Shown piece by piece: positions 23,527 to 36,161 of a stretch of DNA of 64,000 nucleotides. The notes under the pieces were generated by a model. It did not search any database. It saw nothing but the letters and a program-made list of their open reading frames with translations, and was not told the DNA's origin. The translations under genes were made by a program, and so were the position numbers. Source of the DNA: Camelus ferus (Eukaryota). The stretch spans positions 60,886,001-60,950,000 of the forward strand of contig NC_045707.1 in NCBI RefSeq assembly GCF_009834535.1, given 5' to 3'. Numbering within the stretch: position 1 is the first letter of the stretch; each line of letters opens with the position of its first letter.

Positions 23527-24105
23527 TGAGACAGGAAGGAAGGGGACCAGGACACAACCATTAAAGAATGACACAGCAATTAGCACCAAAATGACGAGAG
23601 ATTTGACCTCCAGTGGACCTTGAGTTTTGTGATACACATTGTAATGTATTAGCATGGTGAATGACACACCCACAGTTTCCATGATGACAGTTCTGAGGCT
23701 AACCAAAGAGAGGGTGGTGGCTCAACTCCTGGGAATCCCCACCCCTTCCCCAAGGTAGTTGGAATAATCCCCTCACTTGTTAGCATATAAAAACTAGGAG
23801 CACCTTGCCTCGTGGCCTCTCTTGCTCCCTCACCTTCCAAGATGGCCTTCACTCTGTCTATGGAGTGTGTATCTACTTTTACTTTAAACTAAACACCCAA
23901 CCCCATACCTCTTGGCCTTTCTCTTGTCTTCTGAGACAGCTTACAGTCTATGGAGTGTACATCTCTCTAAATAAATCTACTTTTACTCAACTATGGCTTG
24001 CTCTTAAATTCTTTCCTGCACAAAGTCAGGGACCCTCACTTGGTGGGGCGTGTCAACCAAGACGTAGGACACAGCTATCCTCTTGCGCCCCATTTTCCTG
24101 TATCA
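23527..24105 (+). mobile_element. MER41-like ERV1 solo LTR
   Basis: tgagacagg...ttcctgtatca termini with near-TSD AAAC/GAAC; gacacacccac...atgacagtt, TATAAAA 23786-23792, duplicated tctatggagtgt and AATAAA 23970-23975. Confidence 0.75.
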
Positions 24106-24119
24106 GAACTGCAGGTTCC

Positions 24120-24295
24120 CCTTAGTTTCAACTGTAAAATGAGGATGAGATCTACCTCTTAGGGTTCTCCTGAGGACTGTACAATACATTTATATAAAGC
24201 AGTTGATATGTATGTGTGTGTGTGTGTATATATATATATACACACACCAGTGTCTGGCCTATATGAGAGGTAGTTAATAAAAGTTAGCTATTTTT
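24120..24295 (+). mobile_element. MIR 3' part with a (TG)/(TA) insert
   Basis: cttagtttcaactgtaaaatgaggatga...cagtgtctggc...aataaaagttagcta. Confidence 0.6.
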
Positions 24296-24759
24296 ATTGG
24301 ATTCATCTTTCTCTTTCCTTTTAGAAGTAAATCTGATTCATCAGATCCACAGAATTATAATTTCTGGCACAGGAAAATGTATTCAACACACATGGATCTA
24401 GAATCTTCCCAGGAGGCCAAGCTCCCTCTCGTGCTTAAAATAATTTGTTGGGTAAATCTTGTAATTTTTTTAATAATTGAATTTTCATCCCAGTTTGAAC
24501 AAATGGGAATTGTCCTTAATTTTCCCACTGCTGAAGCGTAGGCTGGTATGGTGGATATCCACCTGGCTCTGAGACAGTCCCAAAGGTTACGGTAGGACTG
24601 GGGTTATGAACATAGGGGCCCTAGACCACTTTCCGTGTGGTAACTGAGTTTATTCCTGTATCTTCTGCACATTTATATATGCAAAATAGCCTACCATCTG
24701 ACTCACCCTAGTGGATACCCTCAGTTTCTTCCTCAGCCTAAAGTCAGATTGATCATTAC

Positions 24760-25055
24760 ATACACAGACATAAAAATCACATATGGGATTATTATGTTTA
24801 TGTAAAATTCCAAATTAGGCAAAGTATGACCTAGTGTTAGAAGTATGCATAACGATTACCTTTGGAGGAGGGTAATAACTAGATGGGAACCCAAAAGGGG
24901 CTTCTAGGGCACTGGTAAAATACTGTTTTTTGATCCAGGTTCTAGTTACATGAGTGTGGTCATTTTGTAAAAACTCATCAAGCCATACACTTGATTTGTG
25001 TGTGAACTTTTCTGTATAAATGATTTACTGTAATATAAACTTTACTGAGAAAAGG
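24760..25055 (+). mobile_element. Ancient L1ME 3' end
   Basis: gttagaagt...ggggcttctagggcactggtaa...gttacatgagtgtg...tttgtaaaaactcatcaagc...tacactt. Confidence 0.8.
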
Positions 25056-25494
25056 CAAGGTCCAATGAATGTGGTCATGGTGAGTGGTTGTCCTGTGGTC
25101 TAAGGAATGGAGAGAATCAAATATGTATAGACATCCACAAAGCAAAACAAAACACAGAGATACTCACTAAGTGTAACGGAGGTTATCAGTGGATAATTGG
25201 TTCCAGGGTAATTTCCTTCGCACTCTCCCTTTGTTTTTTTTTTTTTAGCACTTTCTAAATCCTTTTCAAAGAATCTATATTAGTCTTGCCATCTTGCCCT
25301 GTGGGATAAGCCGAATCCTAGAAGACATGATTTTATCTTAAGGCTCTGGGTCAAACTGTCTGGAGTCTTCTCATACTTCCTTGTTGCCAGAAGTATGGAT
25401 TTCTTTTAAGGTCTCTACCTGCCTTCCAGAATTGTTAGGTAGATAGTTCAGAGTTATATCCCTTCGGAGAAGTACAGGAAGAAAATAGATATTA

Positions 25495-25745
25495 AGCTCC
25501 AAAGAACTGGTATGGGAAAATCAGGAAAGACTTCCTGGGGGAGGTGACATTTGATCTGGGTGTTAAGGGAGGACAAGAATTTGGGAGGCGTAGGGGGAGG
25601 AGGGGAATGAAGGATGGGAGGGTCCCTGTAGACCGAGGAGAGAGTACTTGTAAGGCGTGGGAAAGAATAACATGTTCATCAGCCAGGAAGAAGCTTGGCA
25701 TCACTGGGGAAGAGCGGAGGGACAGGAGGCTGGAAAGGAATTGAC
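25495..25745 (-). mobile_element. L2 fragment
   Basis: tcaggaaagacttcctgggggaggtgacatttgatctggg...aaggga...gaatttgg. Confidence 0.7.
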
Positions 25746-26839
25746 ATCCCAACATTGTGGCTTCCAACCCACACTATACACTGTATTTGTAGGTATAGTT
25801 GTAACAAATTCCAAGTGTTCATTGCATCAGACCATGAAAATGTGTAATTCAAGTTCTAAATTTTTAAGTTGTTTTTAAAAATATGTTTTATAGCAATAGC
25901 TTAATGACAAAAATAATGGTGCCAACAAAGCATTTGTATTGGAAGCCCTGAAGGAATCAGCTGGCATAAAACAATCTTGGTAAAATATTCTTGAACTTAA
26001 ATTATTTAAGCTGATCAAAATCCAAGCACAGGTATAACAGTTGTTATGTCAACTACAGAGGACTCTCAGAACCTCTCCCCCTGGAATCATGGAATAATTT
26101 GGTACCGTCATTAGCATCCTTGCATGAAATGAATGATGCATTCTGGGACATCGATAATGTAAGGATGCCTATTATGATGATAAACAATAACTGCAGACAC
26201 AGGGTCAGTAGCCTGTCATAGAACAGCTCTCTGGGCTTGCCAAAAAAACACTTAAAAATTTACATGTATAAAACTCTTCGTGCTAACGGAACAGATCTTT
26301 TTAGTGTTTTCCAAAGAGAGGAGAGAAGAGGCAGAGAGAGGGTGACTCTTGTGCCACGCCCCATGGCTTCCACCTCAACATAATCCAATGAGAAAAGGCA
26401 GTTGCTCTCTGGGCAGCACCAACCTAGGAGGGGAGGGTCAGACCAGCACCTGCTTGTCATTCTTACTTCTAAGTTACATCATGAAGGTAGAGACAGTGAG
26501 GCTTTTATTCAAATACACCAGCTTGGGATTGGCTCTGGGGATGGATTCAGCCATATAGACAGTGGCTGTGTCCAGTTGGTTACCACAGTTCCCAGTCGGA
26601 CCAGCAGCCAGTGTAAATACTGGGGCAACCAGAGATGCTGTGGTGGAACAGGCAGTCTGTGCTTTCAGATTCAGTTCCTGGCAAGAAAGTTGCAGAATGA
26701 ATCACCATGGGGCAGAAGCCTGACTGCCCGAGAGCTATAAATTGAATGGTACAACACTTTGTTGCTTTCACTGGCTCTGACATTTGCAGAAACAGTTGAA
26801 TAATCAGACAAAAGGCAGTGAAAGGAAAGTAGAAGGGAA

Positions 26840-27245
26840 TTAATACTGAGCATCCGCTCTGTGCCAGGCACAGACTAGGGTCTTCACGTGGGTTACAGAG
26901 GCAGCGTGGTGCTGGGTATGATTCTGCACCTACCACTCACTGGTTGTGTGAACCTGGACAAGCTCCTTAGCCCCTGTGAATCTCGGAACCACAGAGTCTC
27001 ACCTTCTAAGGCTGTGTGGGAAGGAAAAGAGAATCCACATTCACATGGCACATAGGAAGTGCTCTGAAAAAGCAGGTATTTTTTTGTTGTCATTACATCA
27101 TCATCATTTTATCATCAAATCAGTGTCATTACCCATTTTTCAGATGGAGACACTGAGGCTCAGAGAGACAAGAGACTTATCCAGGGAATATAACCTTGGT
27201 AGTGTGATACCAACCCAATCTCACACCAGAAGTCATACCCTTTAA
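26840..27245. mobile_element. Nested MIRs (plus-strand MIR at ~26895-27095 within a minus-strand MIR)
   Basis: tactgagcatcc...tgtgccaggcac (minus tail); tgtgtgaacctggacaag (plus core); cccatttttcagatggagacactgaggctcagaga (minus core). Confidence 0.65.
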
Positions 27246-27346
27246 CCCTTTAGACCTAATAGCCTTTATCAATCTGTTTGGAATAAATGGATTACAGAAG
27301 TGAGAAGCAGCAAAAATGGGCTTGTAAACAAACATTCATGGTATGG

Positions 27347-27856
27347 TGTATTAGTCAAGGTTCTCCAGAGAAAAAGAACCAATATGTGTCTGTCTGTCTG
27401 TCTGTCTATCTGTCTATCTACTATCAATCAGTGAAGGTTTTTTTTTTTAACATTTTTTATTGATTTATAATCATTTTACAATGTTGTGTCAAATTCCAGT
27501 GTTCAGCACAATTTTTCAGTTATTCATGGACATATACACACTCATTGTCAGTCAAGGTTTTAAGAAATTGATCCATGCGATTGTGGAGGCAGAGAAGGCT
27601 GGCAGGCTGGCAGCTAGAGACCCAGGACAGAGTTGATGTTGCAGTCTGGAAGCAGAATTTCTTCTTTCTCTGGTCACCTCAGTCTTTGTCTCTTAAGGCC
27701 TTCAACTGATAGGATAAGGCCCATCCACTGATGGTTTATTGATTTAAATCGTAGTCTCATCTAAAAAATGCCTTCACATCTTTAAATCTAAACTGGTGTT
27801 TAACCAAATATGTGAGTTGTTGGCTGCCACGCTGACGCACAAAATTAACTGTCACA
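27347..27856 (-). mobile_element. ERVL LTR, MLT2-family
   Basis: tgtattagtcaaggttctccagagaaa...gaaccaata...cttaaggccttcaactgat...caaaattaactgtcaca. Confidence 0.85.
27442..27547 (-). mobile_element. Young 5'-truncated L1 3' tip inserted into MLT2
   Basis: Poly-T followed by aacattttttattgatttataatcattttacaatgttgtg; 14-bp TSD TCAGTGAAGGTTTT/TCAGTCAAGGTTTT (27428-27441 and 27548-27561). Confidence 0.8.
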
Positions 27857-28609
27857 GGTGGGGAACAGGGATCTGTGACAAATATGAATACAGAACCAGA
27901 ATGTTTGAATGGAAGCATTGTCCTAAATTGACTTCGGCCATCAGTCTGCTTTGGTTTTGACTGGGTTTTGTTTTAAATTTCTTAGAATCCACATAGCTCT
28001 TAGGCATTTAGCTCACCAGCCAGATGAACCAAGATTATTAAAAAACAAAACAAAACCATAGTGAGAACGCAGCCTGTGGGTTTAACAGCAAAGATGAAAA
28101 CAGAGCCTCAGGAAGTGAGGTGCTTTTGCCCAAGTGACTATTTTATCTAATCCAAGCTCGAGGGTGAGCTATTATTTTAAAACTACAGAAAAAGCTTTGT
28201 ATGTCTCCCCCTGTTTCCTTTTGCTAAGCTGTGGAATTTATTCATAGCAAGAACAGAGTTATTTTAAACTGTTGTTGAGACTTTTTTTTTTAGGAAGGTG
28301 GAAATTAGTTTATTTCCTAGGCAAAATTGAAAAATACTTTCATTATAATAATTCAAAAATGGCAATTTCCTCAAGTAGCATCTACACTAAAATACACTTG
28401 CTGCCTTTCACCTGTGAAATGTTCCTTCAGATCCTCAGTCAACAAGGTAGTGCCTTCCCTTCCAAGCTCCTCTCCCAGCTTCAAGGTGTCGGCAAACAAG
28501 GAGTTTGTTCAGATTGGCCCTTGTATTTGGGAGAAAGCTGCGCAGGGCTGAGGAAATGGCCAAGGAATCCAGCTGAGATAACTGGCTATGCAGAGCCTGC
28601 TGGCTGGTC

Positions 28610-28948
28610 CTCTTTCTTCTTAGTAACAGGACCCCAGTTTTATTTGGAGTGGCAACATGCCCAGATAATGAACTTCATTCCCTAGTCAAAGGATGCCTCC
28701 CTCTGTCAATTTCCCCTTGCTCCTGGAATATAGATTCAAGGGCTTGCATCCTAGCAGCCATCTTGAATTAGGAGGTAAACTTGAGGTTAGTAGCCACATG
28801 CAATGAAACTTATTTATAAAGCCACAATACCTGTTGTGGACTTCCTACCTTTAGAATTCTTTTACGTCAGAGAAGAACATTTTATGTTTTTAAACTATAG
28901 CAATCAGCTCTTTGTTTCTTGCTGCACAGTTTAGTCCTTACTAAATCA
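28610..28948 (+). mobile_element. Old MaLR LTR fragment (MLT1H-J-like)
   Basis: gcagccatcttg...cctacctttagaattcttttacgtcagagaaga...ttgctgcacag...ctaaatca. Confidence 0.5.
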
Positions 28949-29124
28949 CTAGCCCAGGCAGTGATCAAAGAACTAAGCTTCCTTAACATGCTTCATTGAA
29001 GGATAGATCACAGACTCAGTGTAATTTTTTAATCTATTGTGATTTGATATATGGGACAATTTAAATAAGCCAAAGCAGGAAAGAAAATTGCTGGTCCTTA
29101 CTACCTACAGCCATAAAATAAGAA

Positions 29125-29290
29125 GCTATTAGAACTGGAAAATTACTTTAAAAATTCCTTATCTAACTTTCTGCCCCACCATCTATTTATTTCACAGATG
29201 AGGAAACAGAGGCCCAAAATTTAATCCAGCAAAGATATTAAATAACTGAGCCAGAATCTGAACACAGATCTCCCAACCCCAGTCCATTAC
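29125..29290 (-). mobile_element. MIR
   Basis: tttcacagatgaggaaacagaggccca...gagccagaatctgaacacagatctcc. Confidence 0.75.
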
Positions 29291-30197
29291 CTCAGGATTA
29301 CTTTCAATTCTTGATCTACAAATGGGGGTATAAAATGGCATAATCTGGATGTTTTACATAATCATGAAAGCAACTAGAAACAGTGGCACACACTAGTGTC
29401 CAGTTCCTCACCTACACAATGAAGTCTTAACATCAGGAATCTTTCATCAAAAGAAGTAGTTTGCAAAATCCCAATGTAAATCCCAATGCAAAATCCCAAA
29501 ACAGATAAGAGCACAGTGCTCTGGTGGAGGAGGGGCCGAGGGTCCAGGGGCCTAAGGCCCTTGGTCATGCTCCTCCCACAGGGATTGACAGCTGAAGAGG
29601 GCCCCTGGGGCATGGATCCATGTAACTAAATTCTCTTCCAAAGCTGTGTTTTTACACTTATTTCCTCTCTCCCAGGCTTTTACAAAACTGAGGTATACTG
29701 AAAATTCCGACAACACTCTATTTGCCCATCACTTAAGACTTGTTTTGTCCCAGAAGACACCAAGCAAGGCTGAACCTTATTGCGTGTCAGAAAGGAAGGT
29801 ATTTCTTTAGTGACCAACCAGGGGCCTTTACCAAGCAGGCCATCTGGGAAAGTGAGGACTATTTTCTGAAAACCACAATCCACAAAATCTGTTCATGGGT
29901 GAGGAGGAGGGGGTGGGTAGGGAGAAAAGATCTTACTACAACCTGATTCTCTCTCACTATAAACAAGGAAACTAAAAAATAGGGCCAAGTTGCACTGATG
30001 TCCAGACTAATGAGAATTGCCACCCTCCTCAGACTGAAGGATTCTCAGATGTGATCACATGGAGCATGAGCTTGCTTTGTGACAGTTTCCCAGAATTTTT
30101 GTCTCAGTTTCTGTCTCTTATCCAGGGGTTGGGTCTCAGCTAAATGCCCTTTCTTTCAGTCACCAATTATGCCTCTTCACAAAATCATGCACATACA

Positions 30198-30675
30198 CTT
30201 TTTAAAAATTAAGGTAACACTGATTTATCACGTTATATAAATTTCACGTGTAGAACATTATATTTCTGCTTCTATATGCCCTACAATGTGCTCACCACCA
30301 AAAATTTAATTTCTAATCACCATTACAGTTAATCCCTTTTACTTATTTCACCCTCCCCCTCACTGTCCCCCTTTTTAATCACTAGTCTGTTTTCTGTGTC
30401 TCTGTGTTTCTATTTTTTTGGGGTGGGAGGAGGTAATTAGGTTTATTTATTTGTTTTAATGGAGGTACTGGGGACTGAACCTAGGACCTCATGCATGCCA
30501 AGCATGCACTCTTCCCCTGAGCTATCCTTCCCCTCTCTGTGTTTGTCTTTGATTTGGTTTGGACCTTGAGGGTGTTATGCTAAGTGAAATCAGACAGAGA
30601 AAGATAAATACCTTATGATTTTACTCATATATGGAATTTTAAAAAACTAACAAACAAAAACAAAACAACAAATGA
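30198..30675 (-). mobile_element. L1 (L1MA9-like) 3' fragment with an inverted 5' segment
   Basis: Minus-strand 3'UTR runs 30198-30559 (interrupted by a SINE), then a plus-strand segment tggaccttgagggtgttatgctaagtgaaatcagacagagaaaga...acaaatga runs 30560-30675. Confidence 0.8.
30410..30533 (-). mobile_element. Camelid tRNA-derived SINE (Vic-1-like)
   Basis: ggaggtaattaggtttatttattt...ggaggtactggggactgaacctaggacctcatgcatg; 11-bp TSD TCTCTGTGTTT (30399-30409 and 30534-30544). Confidence 0.9.
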
Positions 30676-31101
30676 GAATTTCCGCCCCCAGTGACACTAC
30701 ATCTATTTGCTCTCATGAGAAAACAGAGCGTCCTTCTGTGTCTGTCAGCTTTTCCCCCACCTATGGTGGTATCACGGAAGGATGAAGGCTCACTTGACTA
30801 TCCTGAGAGACCTACTCTGACAGAGCACGCACGGGCAGCCTTTCCTCACCACCCCCATCCAGAATCACCCACACTTCTGTTCCTCTGCAGCCGCTCTGTG
30901 TAGCAGCTAGTTCTGTGAGTAATCTGAAAACAAACATGGGGAAAAAAAAAATAGGGATTTGTGTTGCTGAATGAGATTGAGTTTGCTTGACTTGCAACGA
31001 TGTCAGGACGTAGGCTAAAATGAAATATCAACTCCAGCCATTAAACCATGGCCGATGCCTTATCTATTTTTCAAATGTTAAGCTTTTCACACACTAGGCA
31101 T

Positions 31102-31651
31102 TTGCAGTAGTTTGTAAAAATAGCCACCATTTTTTCCTATCCCAGGAGGCAGACCCCTTCAATGTGAATTTGAAGTTCCTTCCATCAAGAGGTGGAGTCT
31201 GTTTCCCCACTCCTTGAGTCTGGGCTTGGACATGTGACTTGATTTGGATGATAAGACAGGCAAATACGAAGCAGGCAGAGACTTGCACACTGGGTCTTGT
31301 TATCTTTTACTGTGGTTGGAACTCTGAGGTCAGCCTGCAAAGGAGCCCAAGCTGGCCTCCTAAAAGATGAGAGGGTTCAAGGATGAGATTTGAGGTACTG
31401 TATCCTGCCAGGCCCCAGTCAACAACCTCCCAATGGCCAGACATGAGTGAGGCCATCCTACAATAGCCAGCCCCCAGTCCCACCACCACCTCACCACATA
31501 CAACACAAGTAAGCCCAGCAAGGAACAGTCAAGTCAGCTTAGAGAAGAACCATTTGTCCAGCTCTCAGAATTACGAGCTAAATAAGCACCTGTTTTTTCA
31601 AGCAGGTAAATTGTGGGGTGATTCGTTATACAGCAAGTGCTAACTGATATA
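31102..31651 (+). mobile_element. MaLR LTR, MLT1F/G-like
   Basis: ccatcaagaggtggagtct...ccttgagtctgggc...gccagacatgagtgaggccatc...gttatacagcaa...ctaactgata. Confidence 0.8.
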
Positions 31652-32594
31652 GCAATTAACAAAAATTTGCTAATTCAAAAGTCTAGTAAGAGCATGAGAA
31701 TGCAAAGATAATAATGTATATTTAGAACCAGGCAAAGAGAAAACTACCAAGTAGAGTAGGAGCTGGCAGACATAAGTAAATGGATAGGCTGATTTTCCTC
31801 CCTGAATTAAAAAAAAATTATTTTAAATAAAAAAGCAGCAGAAACAAACTTGTATTCCCAATTTTTGATTTACTTCCCACCCTGATCTACTCTGTGAATC
31901 TGCTGAGTTCACACTGAGCTGCTTTCAAAAAAATACTGACCCCTCCCACCCCCAACCCCTACGCCAGTGCAGAGAGGACTAACAGGCTCTTGTTCAGAAA
32001 GAATCCAGAGCTCCCTGGATGACACAGGAAGGACAAAACATTATTGCTGACACAGAAACAGCGTCAATGGTATCTGCATTAATGTGTAGCCAGAGAGAAG
32101 CCTCGTTAAGAAAAGGATGTGCTGGTTGTGCAGCCGTGGATAGAAGCTGGAGAAAGCCGTGGGTGGGGGCCAGAAGTACGCAAAGCGGGATGAGTGTGCA
32201 AATTTCAAACATGCTCCTATTTTTAACGTTGGCTAGGCAGTATCTATATTTCAGTCTGTTCAAAAGGTTCACCTTCTCAGGAAACGGTGAGGATATAAAC
32301 ATAGGTATAGCATGTGTATCCCCAAATTACAAACTGCCTAAAAGTTTAACTTTTCCAGCAGCCTGCCTGCCAGTATTTTAGAGTCCATAACCGGGCAAAC
32401 TATATGATATACTAGTTTTGCAGAGATTAAAATATTTTACTTATTTGGAAAGATTTCCAAAATAAAGAAAGTTTGTAAAATAGAGTGCTATTTTTATACA
32501 TCTTAGTAACTCAGAACTATGGTTTTTTAAGAAAAAATTTTGTTTTTCTCTCCAAATAAGATTTCAGTGTTCAGTGTCCCTCTAGTGTGTATAC

Positions 32595-32748
32595 CAGTGG
32601 GTCCCCACATCTTTGATCATCAGAGTTCCTAGTCTTTTCAAAAATAGAAGACCTTGGCCTCATTCATGGATGTTCTGATCCAGTAGAAACTAAGAAACTA
32701 TATTTTCAAAAAGATGGCTCCATAGATGAGCCAGTTTTGGAAACCACT
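32595..32748. mobile_element. MER5-like hAT fragment
   Basis: cagtgggtcccca...tgatcatcagag...ttctgatccagtag...ccagttttggaaaccact. Confidence 0.5.
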
Positions 32749-33607
32749 ATAAGAAAATGCAATTAATGGATTCAATCATTTGACTTCCTATAGTCATAGT
32801 AAAGAGATTCGTCCCCAAATAGATTTTTTTGTTTTTTCACAACCCTACATCAGTGCCTACTCACTGTTAGCAACTGAACTATTTCTGAAGCCAAAATACC
32901 ACTGTCTTGGCTCAAAAATAAAAATCAATATTTGTTGCAGAATGAGCTTTTTGGAAAAAATGAGGTTTTTTTTTGTATCTACTTCTGCTAGACACAAACA
33001 TTTGAGCTCACACAAGTAGGTCAATTCTTAATTGTAAATCTCACTTCTAATGCTGCCCAATTGCCATTAATATGCTCTTAGCCTTGCATCTCCTGGCTCT
33101 TCTCCCCAAGGAAGGGGGAGTGACTTCAACCAATTGATGAGATTTTTGACTGGGAATTGGACAGGCAGAGCCTCACCCCTTCCTTGATGCTTCGCCTTGA
33201 AAGAGAGCTTCCTGGATGATGCGAGTGTGGTTCCTCTGTGCTCCGGGGCTTTGCCTGGCCAGTGTGTCCTGTCGTGTAAATCTGTTTTATTCTAGAAGTC
33301 AGTAGGGTATACCACTTGGCTGCAGATAAAAATCACATGCTTCTTTATTGTTTTTTGCAGTCCTAACCGAAATGTTTTGGCCTCTACTAGATCCAGGCAA
33401 AGGAAAACAGCATTAGGTATGGGGTCCTCTTCAAATACATCAACATGTCCCTGTGAAATCATTATTTTTATTATTTCCACTTTAGAGATAAATAAAATGA
33501 AATTCAGCAGCTAAATTCTTTGCCCAACACCATTTGAACCATTTCAGATAATCCTGAGTCTTGCCACAGTATGCTGATTCTAAATAATATACTTGAAAAA
33601 GGGCGAC

Positions 33608-33785
33608 ATATGGACTTAATAGCGTATCAGTATTGGTTCATCAATTGTAACAAATATACCACATACTGATGTTAGATGGTAATAACGGGAACCTAGGTGC
33701 AGAGTAGATGGGAGTTCTTTCTTCTGTCTTCATTGTTTTTTTGAAAATTTAAAACTGTTCAAAAAATAAATTTTATTTTAAAAGA
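33608..33785 (+). mobile_element. L1MC-type 3' end
   Basis: tatcagtattggttcatcaattgtaacaaatatacc...gatgttagatggtaataacggg...aaaactgttcaaaaaataaa. Confidence 0.8.
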
Positions 33786-33914
33786 CATTACATATGAAAT
33801 GAATGGCATCATAAAAAAAGGATACTATTTCTGAACTTTTTTTTCTGGCTGCTAAATAAAAATAATAAAGCCTCTAGTTTGAGTATATCTGGATTCCCTC
33901 ACTCCCAGGTCTGG

Positions 33915-34135
33915 CAGAGTGCATGGGTTAAGAAGGCTTTAGAGGCAGACCTTGATTTGAATCACAGATCTGTGACTTGCTACCAGTCTGAGCCTGAGCT
34001 TCGTCACCTGTAAAAGGGACCTATACCTGGCTAATGAGATGGCTGAATGAGTTAAATAATACACTGTTGGCTATTATAATAGTAGTGCCTAAAATAATAA
34101 GAGTGCCTGGAACAGTGTTTGGCATAGACTAAGTA
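33915..34135 (+). mobile_element. MIR
   Basis: ggctttagaggcagacc...gagcctgagcttcgtcacctgtaaaa...aacagtgtttggcatag. Confidence 0.7.
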
Positions 34136-35239
34136 CCCCACCCTCTATCCACCCAGCCCCATTCTGATTCAGTGTGCCTGACGTGGAGCCCAGAGTCTGC
34201 TGTGACGTGCTCCCTAGGTGATTCTAATGGTTTGGAAACCGTGAGTGAAGGCCGACCTCTCCTGAAGGCGAAGTGCTGACTTCCTGGACTGTCAGAAATA
34301 GCCTCCCTGGCTGGATTTTAAAGCTCACTGTCCCCTTGAGGCTTTTCCCCCAAGTTCCTTCATGTGGTCCTCATCTGACACTGTTTCCTTTCCAAACCAG
34401 GGATGCTAGCCAGTCCTGAGCTCAAGGGAAGATCCCATCAACTCTGCTTATTTCCTTATTTACCTCTGTTCTCCTTCAGCTCTGATTCTTGAAGAATTTC
34501 AAAGAGTGAGGAATCCTTCCCAATGTACTGGAATTACATTCTTGCCACATACACTATTTTCACTATTATAACCATACAACCAATAACTCCTAACAACTGT
34601 GTGGAGAGCTATGACAGATGTTCTTAATACACCAATATCCTCCTGCCTTGAATTCTACCAACATCCTGTGGCTTCCCCTGGCTCTAAGGTGCTTAAGATT
34701 CTGTCATTTCATAGACCCTTCCACCACAATGACAAGGTAGAGGGTACCTTTTCTCTGTGATTGCTTTCTTATCACTCATGGAATATATCAGAGTCTTGGG
34801 AGAACAAATGGAGATAGGAGGAGTGGAGGCAAGAAGGGGTTAAAACAGGAAGAACTGTAAGGAGAGAAAATTCTTTTAGCTGCCTCTAAAAATATTTAAG
34901 CTTCATTTGGAGAGAAACTTTTTAAAAAATCTTCCTACTAGAATAGCATAAGTAAAAAAAAATACAAAGGTAAGACACAAAACAGGGAATGATAAGAAAC
35001 CTCAAACAATTTTATTATGTGACTGATATAATTGGCTATGTATTGATGGTATATTGATGTATTTTCTCTATTAGAGAAGATAAACTAGCATAGAATGGTT
35101 GGCTAGGCTGTTATAAAGTGCCTTCTACCACATGGTGGGTCAAACCCTATTCTTTCTGTACGTGTGGTACATAAAGCCTTTGCACCATTGCTGTCCTTGT
35201 CTTCTAGTACCAGTGTCATTCATGGTTTTTATGGATTCT

Positions 35240-35750
35240 CTACAGCATCCATTTCCCATTGTGCTTGTGGTAGCATTCTAATCCTTTTAGGGAGTCACTC
35301 CTTCCCCTACTCAAGTGTGATGCATGAGCCACCTCACCTGCTCCAACGGTGGCAGGTGTCCCAGGTTTGGCCAGTCAGAGTATTCCACTACTCTAGCCCA
35401 TGTGTTGGTACAGTGATGGGTACTTGATTCATTCAAAGCCAGTAAGACTCAAATCTGGGATTTTTGTGGGAACCATTGAGAGAAGGTCTCTCTCTCCTCA
35501 ATATCAGTCTAAGCCTGACAGTGACAAGTGACCACTATATGGAGAGGGTCAGCCTGATGTCAAATCCCACAGAGGATAGCAGAGCTGAGAGATGATGAGA
35601 GAGATTCTTTATAGTCTTAAAGTCATGGATTTAATCAGATTGAAGGCCCTCTTCTTGTCGCTTATCAGGACAAATAAATCCCTTTTTCTAGTTAAGCCCA
35701 TTTAAATTGGGGTTTTTGTCATTTGCAACCTGAAGGGTCTTGATTAATCT
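35240..35750 (+). mobile_element. Old MaLR LTR (MLT1I-K-like)
   Basis: ggccagtcagagtattcc...aaataaatccctttttctagttaagccc...ggggtttttgtcatttgcaacc. Confidence 0.65.
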
Positions 35751-36090
35751 AGTGTTTGACAATACTGATTTGTCTATAATGTAAAACAACATTTTTAAGA
35801 AAAAAGGAATTCTTTTTTTGGTAGTATGAACATCTGAGAAAATAACTCTCCCAATGTCTCAAAACTGGATCAAAGAATATTTCTCATTTAAGGCAATAGT
35901 ACTGCTCAGGGCTGAGCTGAGAGTCTTTGCTTCCATCCTCACATCAAGTATCTCCATGTTGTAGATGAGGAAACTGAAGCCAAGAGCCAGCATTTGAACC
36001 CAAAATCCATACCCTCAATTACCTCTCCTCTTGGATGGTTTCATACTAGAAACATGTATAATTTAGATACCAGTTTAAGGGTAACCTTTT

Positions 36091-36161
36091 TGTGTGTATA
36101 GATAGATAGATAGATAGGTAGATAGATAGATAAATCGATGTATAGTCAGTTTACAATGTTG
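36091..36161 (-). mobile_element. Ultra-short L1 3' tip with a (TCTA)n tail
   Basis: gtatagtcagtttacaatgttg is the reverse complement of the L1 terminal motif; 15-bp TSD TAAGGGTAACCTTTT/TAAGTGTAACCTTTT (36076-36090 and 36162-36176). Confidence 0.75.
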
